A stretch of DNA of 64,000 nt from Candidatus Poribacteria bacterium (GCA_965116925.1 OZ220744.1:3648001-3712000); one strand, 5' to 3'; positions 1 to 10,385 are shown, numbered from the stretch's first letter. Notes: generated by a model from the letters alone, not told the origin. Numbers and translations: made by a program.

Positions 1-702
1 CTCTTCAAACCAGAAAATATCGTTTGCTTTCAGTACAGGGAGAAATGCCATCGCTCGCTCAACAGTCAGCGCACAGTTGGCGTCTACCATCAGGGTAATA
101 TTCGGTCCAATCTGCTGCCGCGCCGCTTCTATCCGTTTGATGTCAGTGTCAAATCCCGCGTCTTTGTCCCCGATCTTCATCTTGACGGCAGTCGCAAAAA
201 ACTCATTGACGTTGCGATCCATCTCTTCCTTCAGCTCATCAAGCCCTTTATCTCTACCGTAGTATCCACCGGCGATATAGGCGCGAATCCGTCGCTGCTG
301 ACCATTGAGTAACTGGTGAACTGACTTCCCTGTAACCTTCCCCTTGATATCCCAACATGCTTGATTAATTGCAGCGAGTACCTGTGTGTGATAGCCACCC
401 GGACCGTATATCTTAATATTATCCGCCAGTTGAGACACATACGCGGTATCTATGGGGGACTTTCCTATCAACTGTGGTCTAAACTCGTCGACATACATTG
501 GAAATATCTGAAGTGGGCGCGTTGCTGCTGTGCCTCCATTGAAGCCGTAGCCAATGATCTCTTCTCTTCCGCTCTTTGCTCGCACCCGCACCAGATGAAG
601 TCGGCCTTTGTCATAGACATGCAGACCGTTCCAGATTGGCGGTTTATCCCATTCGTAGAGTTCGCTTTCAATATGTGTAATTTTGATTTCCTGATTTTCC
701 AT
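1..702 (-). CDS. Mandelate racemase/muconate lactonizing enzyme (enolase superfamily), runs off the window edge
   Basis: Not in the ORF track; manual translation MENQEIKITHIES...ACWDIKGK...AYIAGGYY...AVKMKIG...LMVDAN...FWFEE; AAGGAG RBS upstream of ATG 702. Confidence 0.9.
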   Translation of the reverse strand, partial: MENQEIKITHIESELYEWDKPPIWNGLHVYDKGRLHLVRVRAKSGREEIIGYGFNGGTAATRPLQIFPMYVDEFRPQLIGKSPIDTAYVSQLADNIKIYGPGGYHTQVLAAINQACWDIKGKVTGKSVHQLLNGQQRRIRAYIAGGYYGRDKGLDELKEEMDRNVNEFFATAVKMKIGDKDAGFDTDIKRIEAARQQIGPNITLMVDANCALTVERAMAFLPVLKANDIFWFEE

Positions 703-723
703 ACTAACTCCTTGGTGGTTCCT

Positions 724-2355
724 TTACTTTTCTCCCAAGATAATCTGAATTTCGGCATCGACAAGATTATCGTTGAAATTGATGCCGGCGGTAATTAATC
801 CGAGCCCTTCTAATGGGGACAGGTTATTCGTTATGTGTCGAATCAATTTTGCGTCAGTCTGCTGTGAAAACATCAAACCCACAAGCGGAAGCAGACGTTT
901 CAATTCTGGAATCAAAAGGCTTGGCTGAATCCGGATATGGCTGTGTTTTGGGCGATTTAAGGAGTCAGGTGTTTTTGTGTGAGCCAGCGCGACCTCCCCC
1001 CCGGTGAAGGTGTTAATAGCAGACTTCACCCCGCCGAGCGTTGTGCCAATGACCCAGTAATCATCAAGAAGCGCATATCCACCCTTTAGACCAAAGATCA
1101 ATCCGAATTGGAGTTGTATCGGTTGTAATTCAATTCCTTGGTGCCTTATCGGAGCCGGAAATCGGAGTGGTTTACCGTTGATAGAAATCTTATTTCGTTT
1201 AAGTTTTGTTAAAGCGGCTTTTAAGTTCGGTCTGTCCTGAATCGGGCAAATCAGGAGAATCGGAGGCACCAACGCGGGGGCACCCGCCGGAGAAGGGAGC
1301 AGTGCCAACGCAGTTCTATCTTCAAGATGGCGTGATAAATCAATCCCACTTCGTTGATATTTCAAGGACAAGTTCGCCTTTACCTGTTGCCACAATTCTG
1401 TGAGGTTTGCGTCATTGTTTGCAATCAGAAGTGTGGTCGTCGCGGGAAGGATCGAAAACAGTTTTTCGTCTGCCGGTCGTGGGGGTTGTCGGGGTTGTGA
1501 ATCGGTGTTCCTAATCATTCGATGTTGCGAGTAGATAACGCCATCCTCATAGCGGTTGCTGAACGTCCACACATCGGTCCCCTGTAATAATGATTTGAGG
1601 GGTTGGTCAAGCTTAACAACTTCAGTAAGTTTGCCGGGATTGATATAGATGGTGTTACGAGCGGTATCATAATTTTTGCCCAGATAGTCCCCTGTCGCCG
1701 CTAGCTTGGTAAAGCCCTGCTTTTGTTCAGCGTAGATGTCAATGGTATCCTGAATCAAAGATTTATCTGTTGCCAACAGCCCAATCTTGCCAATAAAGGC
1801 ATAACTGAAATCTTCCGGATAGCCTGTGATGGTGTTGATGTCCAGTTTTCTATAATTCTCTTTCAACCGCTTATATTTGGGATTAACAGGAGCGGTCGCA
1901 GTGAGTGTCGCAATTTCCAGTTTCTGCTGCGCTCCGAGGGCACTGACGAGCAGAAATGAAATTTTGCCGTGCCGCTTATAGACGCCCAAGATCGCTTCTT
2001 CACCTAGGTATCCTTGAAGCCGCTTGAGGTCTAATTTGCCCCCCATTTCCAATTCCCACCGCTGCTTCTGATACATGAGCCGCCGCCACCAGAGTTCCCT
2101 TCGGATCTCTGTAAGGATAGGCATCTGCCCAGCCCGCTTCCCAAATTCGCTCCGTTGAAAGGTCTCGACGAAACGCCCAAGGTCCTTCACGCTGACATAG
2201 CAGATCGGGGCATTGGGGAGGAGGGCAAGGAGACGCTGATCCGGCTCCCAGAGAGAGGTCTGACGATAAATCAGCGCAATTAGGACAAGGATAATGATAA
2301 TTGCACTGAAGATAATAAGCTGCGTTTTAGAGGGTTGAAATCTTATTCGTGGCAA
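724..2355 (-). CDS. Membrane-anchored hypothetical protein (DUF3352-like)
   Basis: 543 aa ORF with an N-terminal TM helix; family guess from overall pattern only. Confidence 0.65.
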   Translation of the reverse strand: MPRIRFQPSKTQLIIFSAIIIILVLIALIYRQTSLWEPDQRLLALLPNAPICYVSVKDLGRFVETFQRSEFGKRAGQMPILTEIRRELWWRRLMYQKQRWELEMGGKLDLKRLQGYLGEEAILGVYKRHGKISFLLVSALGAQQKLEIATLTATAPVNPKYKRLKENYRKLDINTITGYPEDFSYAFIGKIGLLATDKSLIQDTIDIYAEQKQGFTKLAATGDYLGKNYDTARNTIYINPGKLTEVVKLDQPLKSLLQGTDVWTFSNRYEDGVIYSQHRMIRNTDSQPRQPPRPADEKLFSILPATTTLLIANNDANLTELWQQVKANLSLKYQRSGIDLSRHLEDRTALALLPSPAGAPALVPPILLICPIQDRPNLKAALTKLKRNKISINGKPLRFPAPIRHQGIELQPIQLQFGLIFGLKGGYALLDDYWVIGTTLGGVKSAINTFTGGEVALAHTKTPDSLNRPKHSHIRIQPSLLIPELKRLLPLVGLMFSQQTDAKLIRHITNNLSPLEGLGLITAGINFNDNLVDAEIQIILGEK

Positions 2356-2439
2356 AAGGAATTAGACGCGCCCAGAAAATCGGATGGCAATATCCGGTTG
2401 AATTAATGTTAAAAACCGTATACAATAAACACGCGGTTT

Positions 2440-2468
2440 AATATACCATTACCCACAGGCAACGTCAA
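2440..2468 (-). promoter_or_regulatory. Sigma70-type promoter TTGACG-17-TATATT
   Basis: Near-consensus hexamers with a 17-bp spacer upstream of the 724..2355 gene. Confidence 0.55.
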
Positions 2469-2530
2469 GCCCGAAAGCGTAGTAGAGAATGACCCAGCAA
2501 CGAAGGTCCTCAACGGATTTAGGAGGTCTT

Positions 2531-3697
2531 ATGAAAACCTATCGTGTCGCAATTTTAGGCTGTCGCGGGCGGGGTACCGCCGCAAGTCGCGCCTATCATG
2601 CCCATCCGCGTACCGAAGTGGTCGCATTGTGCGATCTGGTTCAGGAACGACTGGATACCCTCGGCGACGAGTTGGATGTCGCCGCCCGGTTTACTGACCT
2701 GGACGAGATGATTGTCCAGACCCAACCCGACCTTGTCGCTATCCCGACGGGAACAGAGTTCCATTACCCACTCTGTATGCGGGTGTTGGAACACGGCATC
2801 CATATTGAAGTTGAAAAGCCGATGTGCGTTGACCTTGAAGGCACCACTGCGGTGATGGCGAAGGCAAAGGAGAAGGGGGTTCGGGTGGCGGTGCATCACC
2901 AAGGGCGCGTTGGTGCCCTCATGCGGGCGATGTACAAAGCGTTCACGGCAGGAGCGATTGGCGAACTGCGTTACATCAATAGTCGTGGAAAAGCCTACTA
3001 CGGTGGTTTGGGATTGATGAACATCGGTACGCATCAACTGAACAATATGCTGAAGTTTGCAGGACATTGTCACAGTGTCTCCGCCGTTGCGCTGACCGAT
3101 GGTCACCCCATCACACCCGAAGATGTTGTCCCGTCTCCGCTCGGTATGGGAACGATTGCGGGCGAATCGATCACCGCGACGCTGCACTTCGACAACGGTG
3201 TCACCGCGAATCTGCTGCAGCACCGTTTTCCGGGCGGCACGAATCCGGTGATGGAAATCGTCGGCACCGAAGGCAAACTATTCGGTTCGGCGTGTCTGCT
3301 CATCAAAGGCGGCGCGTGGCGTCTGTCGCAACCTGTCTACATTCCGGAGGGGAAGCCTGACCAATGGGAACCGTTGGAGCCTGTCTACCCGGAACACTTT
3401 GACCGCTCAAGTCCAGCCAAGTTAGATGATTACTGGTTCGTTGAAGAGTACGTTTCCGCCTTAGACCAAGACCGAGACCACGAGTGCAGCGGTGCAGAGG
3501 GGCATCACATCGTGAGCATTATGATGGGAATTTTTGAATCGGCGGCGTATGGGAAACGGGTTGACCTACCCCAAAAATGTCTTGAGCATCCGCTGCTCCG
3601 ATGGCGACGCGAACAGGATTTAGCACCACCTGAACCGATGCCCCGTGACTATACCGAGTGGCTGGCGGCAGAAGATCAGCGACTTGGACGGGGATAG
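2531..3697 (+). CDS. Gfo/Idh/MocA family oxidoreductase
   Basis: VAILGCRGRG, VEKPM, GTH motifs; AGGAGG RBS before ATG 2531. Confidence 0.9.
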   Translation: MKTYRVAILGCRGRGTAASRAYHAHPRTEVVALCDLVQERLDTLGDELDVAARFTDLDEMIVQTQPDLVAIPTGTEFHYPLCMRVLEHGIHIEVEKPMCVDLEGTTAVMAKAKEKGVRVAVHHQGRVGALMRAMYKAFTAGAIGELRYINSRGKAYYGGLGLMNIGTHQLNNMLKFAGHCHSVSAVALTDGHPITPEDVVPSPLGMGTIAGESITATLHFDNGVTANLLQHRFPGGTNPVMEIVGTEGKLFGSACLLIKGGAWRLSQPVYIPEGKPDQWEPLEPVYPEHFDRSSPAKLDDYWFVEEYVSALDQDRDHECSGAEGHHIVSIMMGIFESAAYGKRVDLPQKCLEHPLLRWRREQDLAPPEPMPRDYTEWLAAEDQRLGRG

Positions 3698-3719
3698 ATA
3701 ATTTCTGCCCTTTGTCTTA

Positions 3720-4197
3720 GGGCGTGTTGACATTTTGAAGCTGCTGATTCGGCAAACGCTGTAATCAGCAGGCAATCTGCCAAATGTAGCGCGAACTGTT
3801 AGTTTGCAGACTGGGATCACAATCTAACAGATTGTGGTACAAAAGCGCACTTTTACGAAACAGTTTTTGCACAGGAAGCGTCCCGATGAAAAACGGAGTT
3901 GGGTTTCACGCTATCTGGCTATGAGCAGGTGTTGTTGGACGACGGAGCCTCTATTGGACTTGATAGGGATTGACGGTGAACCGTTCAACCCAACCTACGG
4001 ACTGGTAGTGGTACAAAAGCGCACTTTTACGAAACAGTTTTTTGCACAGGAAGCGTCCCGATGAAAAACGGAGTTGGGTTTCACGCTATCTGTCTATGAG
4101 CAGGTGTTGTTAGACGACGGAGCCTCTATTGGACTTGATAGGGATTGACGGTGAACCGTTCAACCCAACCTACGGACTGGTAAATGTCAACAGAACC
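3720..4197. mobile_element. Non-autonomous TIR element (IS5-like MITE) containing a 174/175-bp tandem duplication
   Basis: TIRs GGGCGTGTTGACATTT / AAATGTCAACAGAACC flanked by TA; tandem units 3834-4007 and 4008-4182; related copy at 50096. Confidence 0.75.
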
Positions 4198-4228
4198 TAA
4201 TAAATTTCTCCACAACGAGGGAAAATTG

Positions 4229-5389
4229 ATGAAAATAGAACAGATCGAGATATATCCGCTTGAAGCAAAATTATCGAAACCGTTCGGCTGGTCTCAGCGA
4301 TGGACAGATGCACGGATGCAAGCCGTGGTAAAGATTACCGCTGATGACGGGACGTACGGTTGGGGCGAAAGTGGTGACGCACGGACAATGGAGTTTCTCG
4401 CTCCACTGCTTATCGGCAAAAATCCTCAACGCACAGAGACAATGTGGCAGATGTTATATGAGCTTGGATATCAAGGTCACGGTTTTGCCGGATCGCAGAC
4501 GCTTGCTATCAGCGCATTTGACATGGCGCTGTGGGATATTGCTGGAAAAGCCGCCGGGTTGCCGGTATGTGAGTTGCTAGGTGGTCGTGTGCGTGACCGC
4601 ATACCTGTGTACGCCACCGGACTCTACTACACAGAGGACGATTTTCCAGATGCCTTGACCGAGGAAGCACTTGGATACGCTCAAGCTGGCTTCACGGGCA
4701 TGAAAATGAAGATCGGTGGCAAGCCGGTTGATGAGGATATTGAGCGGGTGTATCATCTGCGTGAGGCGCTTGGTCCGCAAACCCATCTCATGGTGGACGC
4801 AAACGAGGCTTACAGTCCGACAACGGCTGTCATGGTGGCGCAAAGACTTGCCGACGCAGACCTGATGTGGTTTGAAGAACCGTGTGGATCTTACAATGAT
4901 GGGGGCAATCTGCTCGTTCAACAGTTGGGTTTGATGCCAATCGCCGGTGGCGAAAGCCTGAAGTCGCGGTATGAGTTTGCCGAACGCCTCGCTAGCCGTA
5001 TGTTCGACATTATCCAGCCGGATATCGCCATCGCGGGTGGAGTGTCAGAGATGTTCAAGCTCGGTCACATGGCAAACGCCTTCGGTGTCCACTTCAATCC
5101 ACACTTTTGGGGCACTGGTATCAGCCTGTCAGCAACGCTGCATGTGTTGGCTTGTCAGCCGTCAAACCCGCCCTCCGACTGTCCCGAACCTTACATCAAT
5201 CAATCCGTTATGGAGTTTGATCGGACGCCCCACCCGATTCGAGAGAACCTCACAGATCCGATTTTTGATCAGGTAGATAGCCATATCCCAGTCCCGACAA
5301 CTCCGGGGCTAGGGATCGAGGTGATTGAAGAAGAAGCGCGTCGGTTCTTGGGTTGGGGACTGACTGCTCCCATTCGGGTTGGTGCATGA
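4229..5389 (+). CDS. Mandelate racemase/muconate lactonizing enzyme family dehydratase
   Basis: DMALWDIAGK, KMKIG, MVDAN, WFEEP, GGES, QPDI motifs. Confidence 0.9.
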   Translation: MKIEQIEIYPLEAKLSKPFGWSQRWTDARMQAVVKITADDGTYGWGESGDARTMEFLAPLLIGKNPQRTETMWQMLYELGYQGHGFAGSQTLAISAFDMALWDIAGKAAGLPVCELLGGRVRDRIPVYATGLYYTEDDFPDALTEEALGYAQAGFTGMKMKIGGKPVDEDIERVYHLREALGPQTHLMVDANEAYSPTTAVMVAQRLADADLMWFEEPCGSYNDGGNLLVQQLGLMPIAGGESLKSRYEFAERLASRMFDIIQPDIAIAGGVSEMFKLGHMANAFGVHFNPHFWGTGISLSATLHVLACQPSNPPSDCPEPYINQSVMEFDRTPHPIRENLTDPIFDQVDSHIPVPTTPGLGIEVIEEEARRFLGWGLTAPIRVGA

Positions 5390-5433
5390 TTCACTAGAGC
5401 GTGTTGACATTTATGCGGGACGTGTCCGTAATC

Positions 5434-5456
5434 GTAGGGGCGAGGTTCCCTCGCCC
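5434..5456 (+). repeat. GTAG-type REP-like hairpin
   Basis: GTAGGGGCGAGGTTCCCTCGCCC, identical copy at 18918-18940; preceded by a lone IS5-like TIR at ~5396. Confidence 0.75.
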
Positions 5457-5566
5457 ATTGACCAGCACGGGTGGAATATGCCCAATCATGCAGGTTGAAC
5501 AGATTGTAGGTCGAGATTCATATCTTCTCGACAAAATACTACATCTTATTTGTTGAGGAGGCAAGG

Positions 5567-7021
5567 GTGACAAGAAAGAAAATTCTATTTACAGATTGGC
5601 GAGACATACAGTGCGGTGCGGTTGCTTGGTTGACGGCGGAAGGAGATCATTACCGGGTCAGTACGCCACCCGAACCACAGGTCCCCATGCGAGCCGAACC
5701 CCGTTTGGTCCCACGTGGCATCCGGCTGCAAGCACAACCGGCGTGTAAAGCAGGGAAAATGGAAAATTACGGAGGCTGGGGGCGCGTCATCTTCGATGGA
5801 GAGCAGCATCGCACGTGGTATATCGAAGTCAACGGAGTTTCAATGTTGGGGTCAGGGTCGGTGGCGCATACCGACACCATCACCTCTGTCGCTATCTGTG
5901 GAATTAAATCGCGAGATGGCTTTCACTGGGGCGAACCGACGCGCAGTGAAATCAGTGTGCCGGGACAGCGTGGCTTCGACGGGATGACCTTTTTCATCGA
6001 TCCACACGCCCCCGAATCCCAACGCTATAAGTTCATCTATTGCGCCCAATTCGAGGAGGGCATGTTTCAGCCGCATCTCATCGAATATTTCAACCGTCAA
6101 CCGCGCCATCGGGATGACCGCATATCCGGAGAGCGACGGTTTGGAATGTTCGCTGCTGTTTCGCCCGATGGTGTCAACTGGACGGCGTTACCCGAACCGT
6201 TTATGCTGCATCCAAGCGATACCGACACCACCGTACTGTGGAACGAAGCGCTGGAGCGATACGTGATGTATACCCGTATGATGCGAAACGGACGACGCTG
6301 GATCGGACGGGCAGAGGCAGAGGACTTTATGCACTGGACGCCCGTGGTGCCGATTATTTGGCCCCGCCTCGATGATCCGCCGGACTACGATTTCTACCTG
6401 AACGGTTATAGCCCCTATCCTGAACTTCCAGAGTATCAGTTGATGATTCCAATGCTGTATCACCGTTACACCGAGCGTAGTGAGGTTCGGCTCTATTCGA
6501 GCGAGGATGGTATCGCGTGGAATCAGATTCCCGGCGGTCCCATCTTGACACCCGGCGAGTTAGGGGAGTGGGATTGCGAGTTTATCGGCACGGGGAAGGA
6601 CCTCCAACCCTTTGGTACGAACGAGATTGCCATTCCCTATTCTGGAACGATTTACCCGCATAAGTTTCCGCGTTGGTCCCCGGTTTTTGCCGCAGCGAAC
6701 ATGGGGTGGGCGTGCTGGCAGAAGGACCGGCTCTGTGCGGTGACCACCGACAACGAAGGCGAATTTTGGACGATACCAATTCTCCCATCGGGTCGGCAGA
6801 TTCGACTGAACTTCCGTGCACCGATGGCGGGTAATATTGGTATTGGAATTGAGGGAGTAGCGGGACGTGCTGCGTCCGACTGCGATCCACTCACCGGTGA
6901 TTGGTCGGACAAGGTTGTGACATGGAACGGCGAGTCGGACATCAGGGCACCAGAGGGAAAACCGATTGCCCTGCATCTGAAACTGCGCGCTGCGGAGCTC
7001 TTCTCCGTTGCGTTTGAATAA
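5567..7021 (+). CDS. Hypothetical glycoside-hydrolase-like beta-propeller protein
   Basis: Repeated Asp-box-like SxDGxxW motifs; paralogue at 25171. Confidence 0.65.
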   Translation: MTRKKILFTDWRDIQCGAVAWLTAEGDHYRVSTPPEPQVPMRAEPRLVPRGIRLQAQPACKAGKMENYGGWGRVIFDGEQHRTWYIEVNGVSMLGSGSVAHTDTITSVAICGIKSRDGFHWGEPTRSEISVPGQRGFDGMTFFIDPHAPESQRYKFIYCAQFEEGMFQPHLIEYFNRQPRHRDDRISGERRFGMFAAVSPDGVNWTALPEPFMLHPSDTDTTVLWNEALERYVMYTRMMRNGRRWIGRAEAEDFMHWTPVVPIIWPRLDDPPDYDFYLNGYSPYPELPEYQLMIPMLYHRYTERSEVRLYSSEDGIAWNQIPGGPILTPGELGEWDCEFIGTGKDLQPFGTNEIAIPYSGTIYPHKFPRWSPVFAAANMGWACWQKDRLCAVTTDNEGEFWTIPILPSGRQIRLNFRAPMAGNIGIGIEGVAGRAASDCDPLTGDWSDKVVTWNGESDIRAPEGKPIALHLKLRAAELFSVAFE

Positions 7022-7050
7022 TCTCTTGTGCGAATTTCAAACGATGAAAG

Positions 7051-9042
7051 CTACTGGCTAACAACCGGAGCATTCACGACTGCAAGAAAATCGGGGTTAT
7101 GCCGCACGGACTCAAAGGCTTCGTCCTCCTCGAAAAAACGCTTAATCGAACCACGGGCTGCGCGCCGCCGATCCTCGTGAGCACGCTTGAGGTATTCGAG
7201 GCTTGCTTCACGATCATTGCGGAATCTTAGGGTCATCGCTGCCAGATACGCCATGAGTCTTCCCCCGGACGACCACACCCTGACCTCCCCCTCAATATAA
7301 TTTCGGCGTTGGTCCCAGTGTCGCGCTGCGCGGTTCAATAAGCGGATAGCAGCTTCGCCCTCTCCTACCTCTGCACAGCCCAGAGCGAGGCAGGTCGTGG
7401 CGATGTGGATCGCTATGAAATACTTCCGACTCAGCCAGCGACGGATATCTGCCACGCTGCCTCCCGTGGGATAACCTCCGGCGTTTCGGTAAGTCCGCTC
7501 CAGCCGTTTCCGCGTTGCCTCGCTTTCATCGGTGATACTTGCCAATGCGGTGTCTCGCTCAATGAGGTAACTCTCAAGATTGGCTTCGGCTTCAGCAAGC
7601 AACCCCTTCACCTTTTGATGTTCACCAAGCTGGTAATAGGTCGGTGCGAGATGGAGATAGTCACCCTGTGCCCCAATGAGAAGTGCCTGCTTTTCTGGAT
7701 CCGCTATCTCCGTATTTTGAAGCCAGTCGATGAACGCTTCAAAGGTATGAACCGCTTCCCGGTAGCGTCCCAATTCGCGTAATGTTTTACCACGTTCACG
7801 CGTGTAAAGCGCACGGTGCATCAGTGTGATTTCATCACCGATCTGCTCAACGAGATGCTCGGTCTGTTCCAACCAATCGGTAGCACATCCGACCTTGCGG
7901 TACGCATCAAAGACGTGGAAGTATGACTCAAGTTGGTCGGTCAGGGTTATTTGATCGTCAAACCGCTTCAGCAGCGTTTTGTGGGCGTTTACTGCTCGCT
8001 TGTGGTCAGCGACGCACGGCTCCTGCATCTCGGCGATACTCCTGCACCCGGCGTCGAAACCAGCGTCGAAATCGTCCGTCGTCATGGCAAAGTTCCAAAG
8101 CAGATCCACATATTCCTCACACCGTTGAAACTGATGGTACAGATGCGCCAGTGCCCGGACCGTATCGGGGTCCCGTGCGCCGAGTCGATAGGCACAGGCG
8201 AGTTCGGTACACGCTTCTTCAATCAACGTGCTATCAACCGTTCCATCTGGGAGAGAAAGCTGCTCCTCAATCATCTCCCGTGCGACCATACCGAGTCCTC
8301 GATATGCGGGGGCGTAGTCCGCTTGAACGTCTGCGGCGCGTTGGAACTGTTCGCGGGCACTTTTCCAATTGCCATCGGCAAGATACCGCTCACCCCGTTT
8401 TATCGCCTCTGTGACAACCTGCTCGGTAAAGTCTTCTGTCAGAGGTTGGTTCTCAATCGTGTTTTCGACCATACGAATCATCTCCTGCTTCAATCGTTCG
8501 CGTGCGTCCGACAATCGCGTGGTAACCGCCGTCTGTGAGATCCCCAGAAATTCTGCAATCTCAGTGGACTTCATCTCGCGGATGTAGGATAGGATCAGGA
8601 CCTCAGAAGAAATTTCAGGTAACGAAATGAGACAACGCCACAGCAGTTGACGCAGCTCTGCGTGTTCGGCAGTTTCGTGAGGCGTTTTTTCCGCTGCACT
8701 GACCTGTAGCAGCCGAGCTTTGTGCGCTGATTCCCAAGTGTTTTCGAGTAACCCCTCAAGACTCAAATCGTCTCGCTTCTCCCGGTAGAGCCACTTGTTG
8801 GCGAGGTTCCGCGCGATCCCACACAGCCACGTACCGACCTTTTCCGGTGCGTCAAGGGATTCGATCGACAGATACGCTGTGACAAACGTCTCCGATGTCA
8901 AATCTTGGGCTTGATGGAAGTCCCGCACTTTCGGCAAGATGACGCTGTACACCGCCTTTTTGTATTTTTCAACAAGCACTGTAAAGGCTGTGGAATCGCC
9001 ACCTCGGATGGCGTGAACGATTTGTAGGTCATCTTGCTTCAA
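7051..9042 (-). CDS. ECF sigma factor with long C-terminal TPR-like extension
   Basis: AQDLTSETFVTAY, TWLCGIARN, EIAEFLGISQTAVTTRLSDAR; GGAGG RBS before TTG 9042. Confidence 0.85.
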   Translation of the reverse strand: MKQDDLQIVHAIRGGDSTAFTVLVEKYKKAVYSVILPKVRDFHQAQDLTSETFVTAYLSIESLDAPEKVGTWLCGIARNLANKWLYREKRDDLSLEGLLENTWESAHKARLLQVSAAEKTPHETAEHAELRQLLWRCLISLPEISSEVLILSYIREMKSTEIAEFLGISQTAVTTRLSDARERLKQEMIRMVENTIENQPLTEDFTEQVVTEAIKRGERYLADGNWKSAREQFQRAADVQADYAPAYRGLGMVAREMIEEQLSLPDGTVDSTLIEEACTELACAYRLGARDPDTVRALAHLYHQFQRCEEYVDLLWNFAMTTDDFDAGFDAGCRSIAEMQEPCVADHKRAVNAHKTLLKRFDDQITLTDQLESYFHVFDAYRKVGCATDWLEQTEHLVEQIGDEITLMHRALYTRERGKTLRELGRYREAVHTFEAFIDWLQNTEIADPEKQALLIGAQGDYLHLAPTYYQLGEHQKVKGLLAEAEANLESYLIERDTALASITDESEATRKRLERTYRNAGGYPTGGSVADIRRWLSRKYFIAIHIATTCLALGCAEVGEGEAAIRLLNRAARHWDQRRNYIEGEVRVWSSGGRLMAYLAAMTLRFRNDREASLEYLKRAHEDRRRAARGSIKRFFEEDEAFESVRHNPDFLAVVNAPVVSQ

Positions 9043-9109
9043 TGTGTTACCTCCCTTCATTATATTATGTACCCAAACGACGAAAAATGTCAGCGACTTT
9101 TTTTATTTT

Positions 9110-9383
9110 TAGGACTTACGCATTTCAGCACAGTCGGCGCGGGGGAACCAGATGCCCCGCACCGATAAATCCCCGATGATCGGGACAGGCGGGATGCAAG
9201 TTAAAAACTCTCGGAACGGAGCACTAAGGTTGGCTGCGTAAATCCTAAAAGTGTTAGATTTTGTTAGATTTTGCCAAGGGTGCTGTTAAAGTTAGGACTT
9301 ATGTAGTAGGAGAGGCTTCCGATTCTCGACAAGTGTTTCGGTGAAACCAGATGCCCTGCTTACAGTTGGATGCGTAAGTCCTA
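9110..9383. mobile_element. Two adjacent MITEs with TAGGACTTACGCA-type TIRs
   Basis: taggacttacgca...tgcgtaaatccta (~9110-9247) and taggacttatgta...tgcgtaagtccta (~9293-9383). Confidence 0.6.
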
Positions 9384-9472
9384 ATTTTTTTTGGAGGACA
9401 GTGGTGGTTCTTTTGCCTCAACCCCGCTGAAATTGTCCCTTGACTTACGCACGTTGTTGGATTAAGATAAAT

Positions 9473-10146
9473 GAAGGGTGCTCATAAATAGCCACTGGTG
9501 CCAGTGCATTGTCAGGTAAATTATGCTTGTGTATATGGATTGAAAGCAAACAATAACATATATAGGGCTTACGCGGTTGAACGGTCAAAGTCCTGTAGTT
9601 CGGCGATTCATCGCCGCTGGACACCGTTGCCAACGCCCGATGAATCGGGCAACTACAATCTGGAGTGCGTAAGTCCTGATATATAATAATTCCAAAACTT
9701 ATCTGACTGAGTACTAGCACTCAGTCAGATAAGTTTTGCATATCAACAAGGGGGTCGGGTGACCCGACCCCTACGAAGTATTATGAGTCTCAATCCATAT
9801 AGACAAGCATAATTTGCCTGACAGTGTACTAGTACATTGTCAGATAAATGTAGCGTAAACTGTTAGTTTGCGGGCTCGGATCACAATCTAACAGATTGTG
9901 GTACAAAAGGCTCCTTTAGATACTTCCCCACAAAGCGGCTTGGATATGTCTATCCAAGTCAAGCGGTGAGTGGCTTATCACTATTTATTTGACAGAGTAC
10001 TAGTTTACAGTTATTGATAACGTGATGCGTGAAACGTGAAAACCATTGGTTCAACCCTTGTCCCATTTTCGCGCATCAGGTACGCTATCCTGAAAATCCT
10101 TAAATCCTGAATATCCTGATTCAGACAATAATTATGAGCACTCCTC
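9473..10146. mobile_element. Composite nested MITE with 17-bp TIRs and 8-bp target duplication
   Basis: TIRs GAAGGGTGCTCATAAAT / AATTATGAGCACTCCTC; AGATAAAT at 9465-9472 and 10147-10154; holds three CTAG-anchored elements and one GGACTTACGCA element. Confidence 0.75.
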
Positions 10147-10204
10147 AGATAAATGAGGATGGGCAAAATTCAATGCGCGTCATTGCTGGAAAGGTATTAT
10201 AAAC

Positions 10205-10332
10205 ATGAAAGATTTTAACACATACCAAACTGAATCCAGAAAAACTTGGGGTATCATCCCGATGAACCACCCGATTGTTTATCCGATAGGCAAGAAAGAG
10301 GTCAAATTGGAGGAGATGGTGATAACAGATAA
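10205..10332 (+). pseudogene. Internally deleted MazG-like NTP pyrophosphohydrolase remnant
   Basis: N-terminus MKDFNTYQTESRKTWGIIPMNHPIVYP fused out of frame to C-terminus LSDRQERGQIGGDGDNR*. Confidence 0.7.
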
Positions 10333-10385
10333 CGTCAACCGACGCGGATCACTATAACAAGCACTCAGACAAAGGAGACACAAGA

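Noticed and set aside
2555..3223. Long antisense/shadow ORFs (also 7933-8538, 10591-11286, 20089-20754, 42728-43312)
   Set aside because: They overlap well-supported genes on the opposite strand and have no recognisable motifs.
3834..4064. Short ORFs inside repeats (also 9445-9720, 18608-18988, 53665-54003)
   Set aside because: By-products of non-coding repeat elements with no transposase motifs.
10173..10202. MRVIAGKVL*, resembling the RsmD N-terminus
   Set aside because: Only about 7 matching residues; too short to call.
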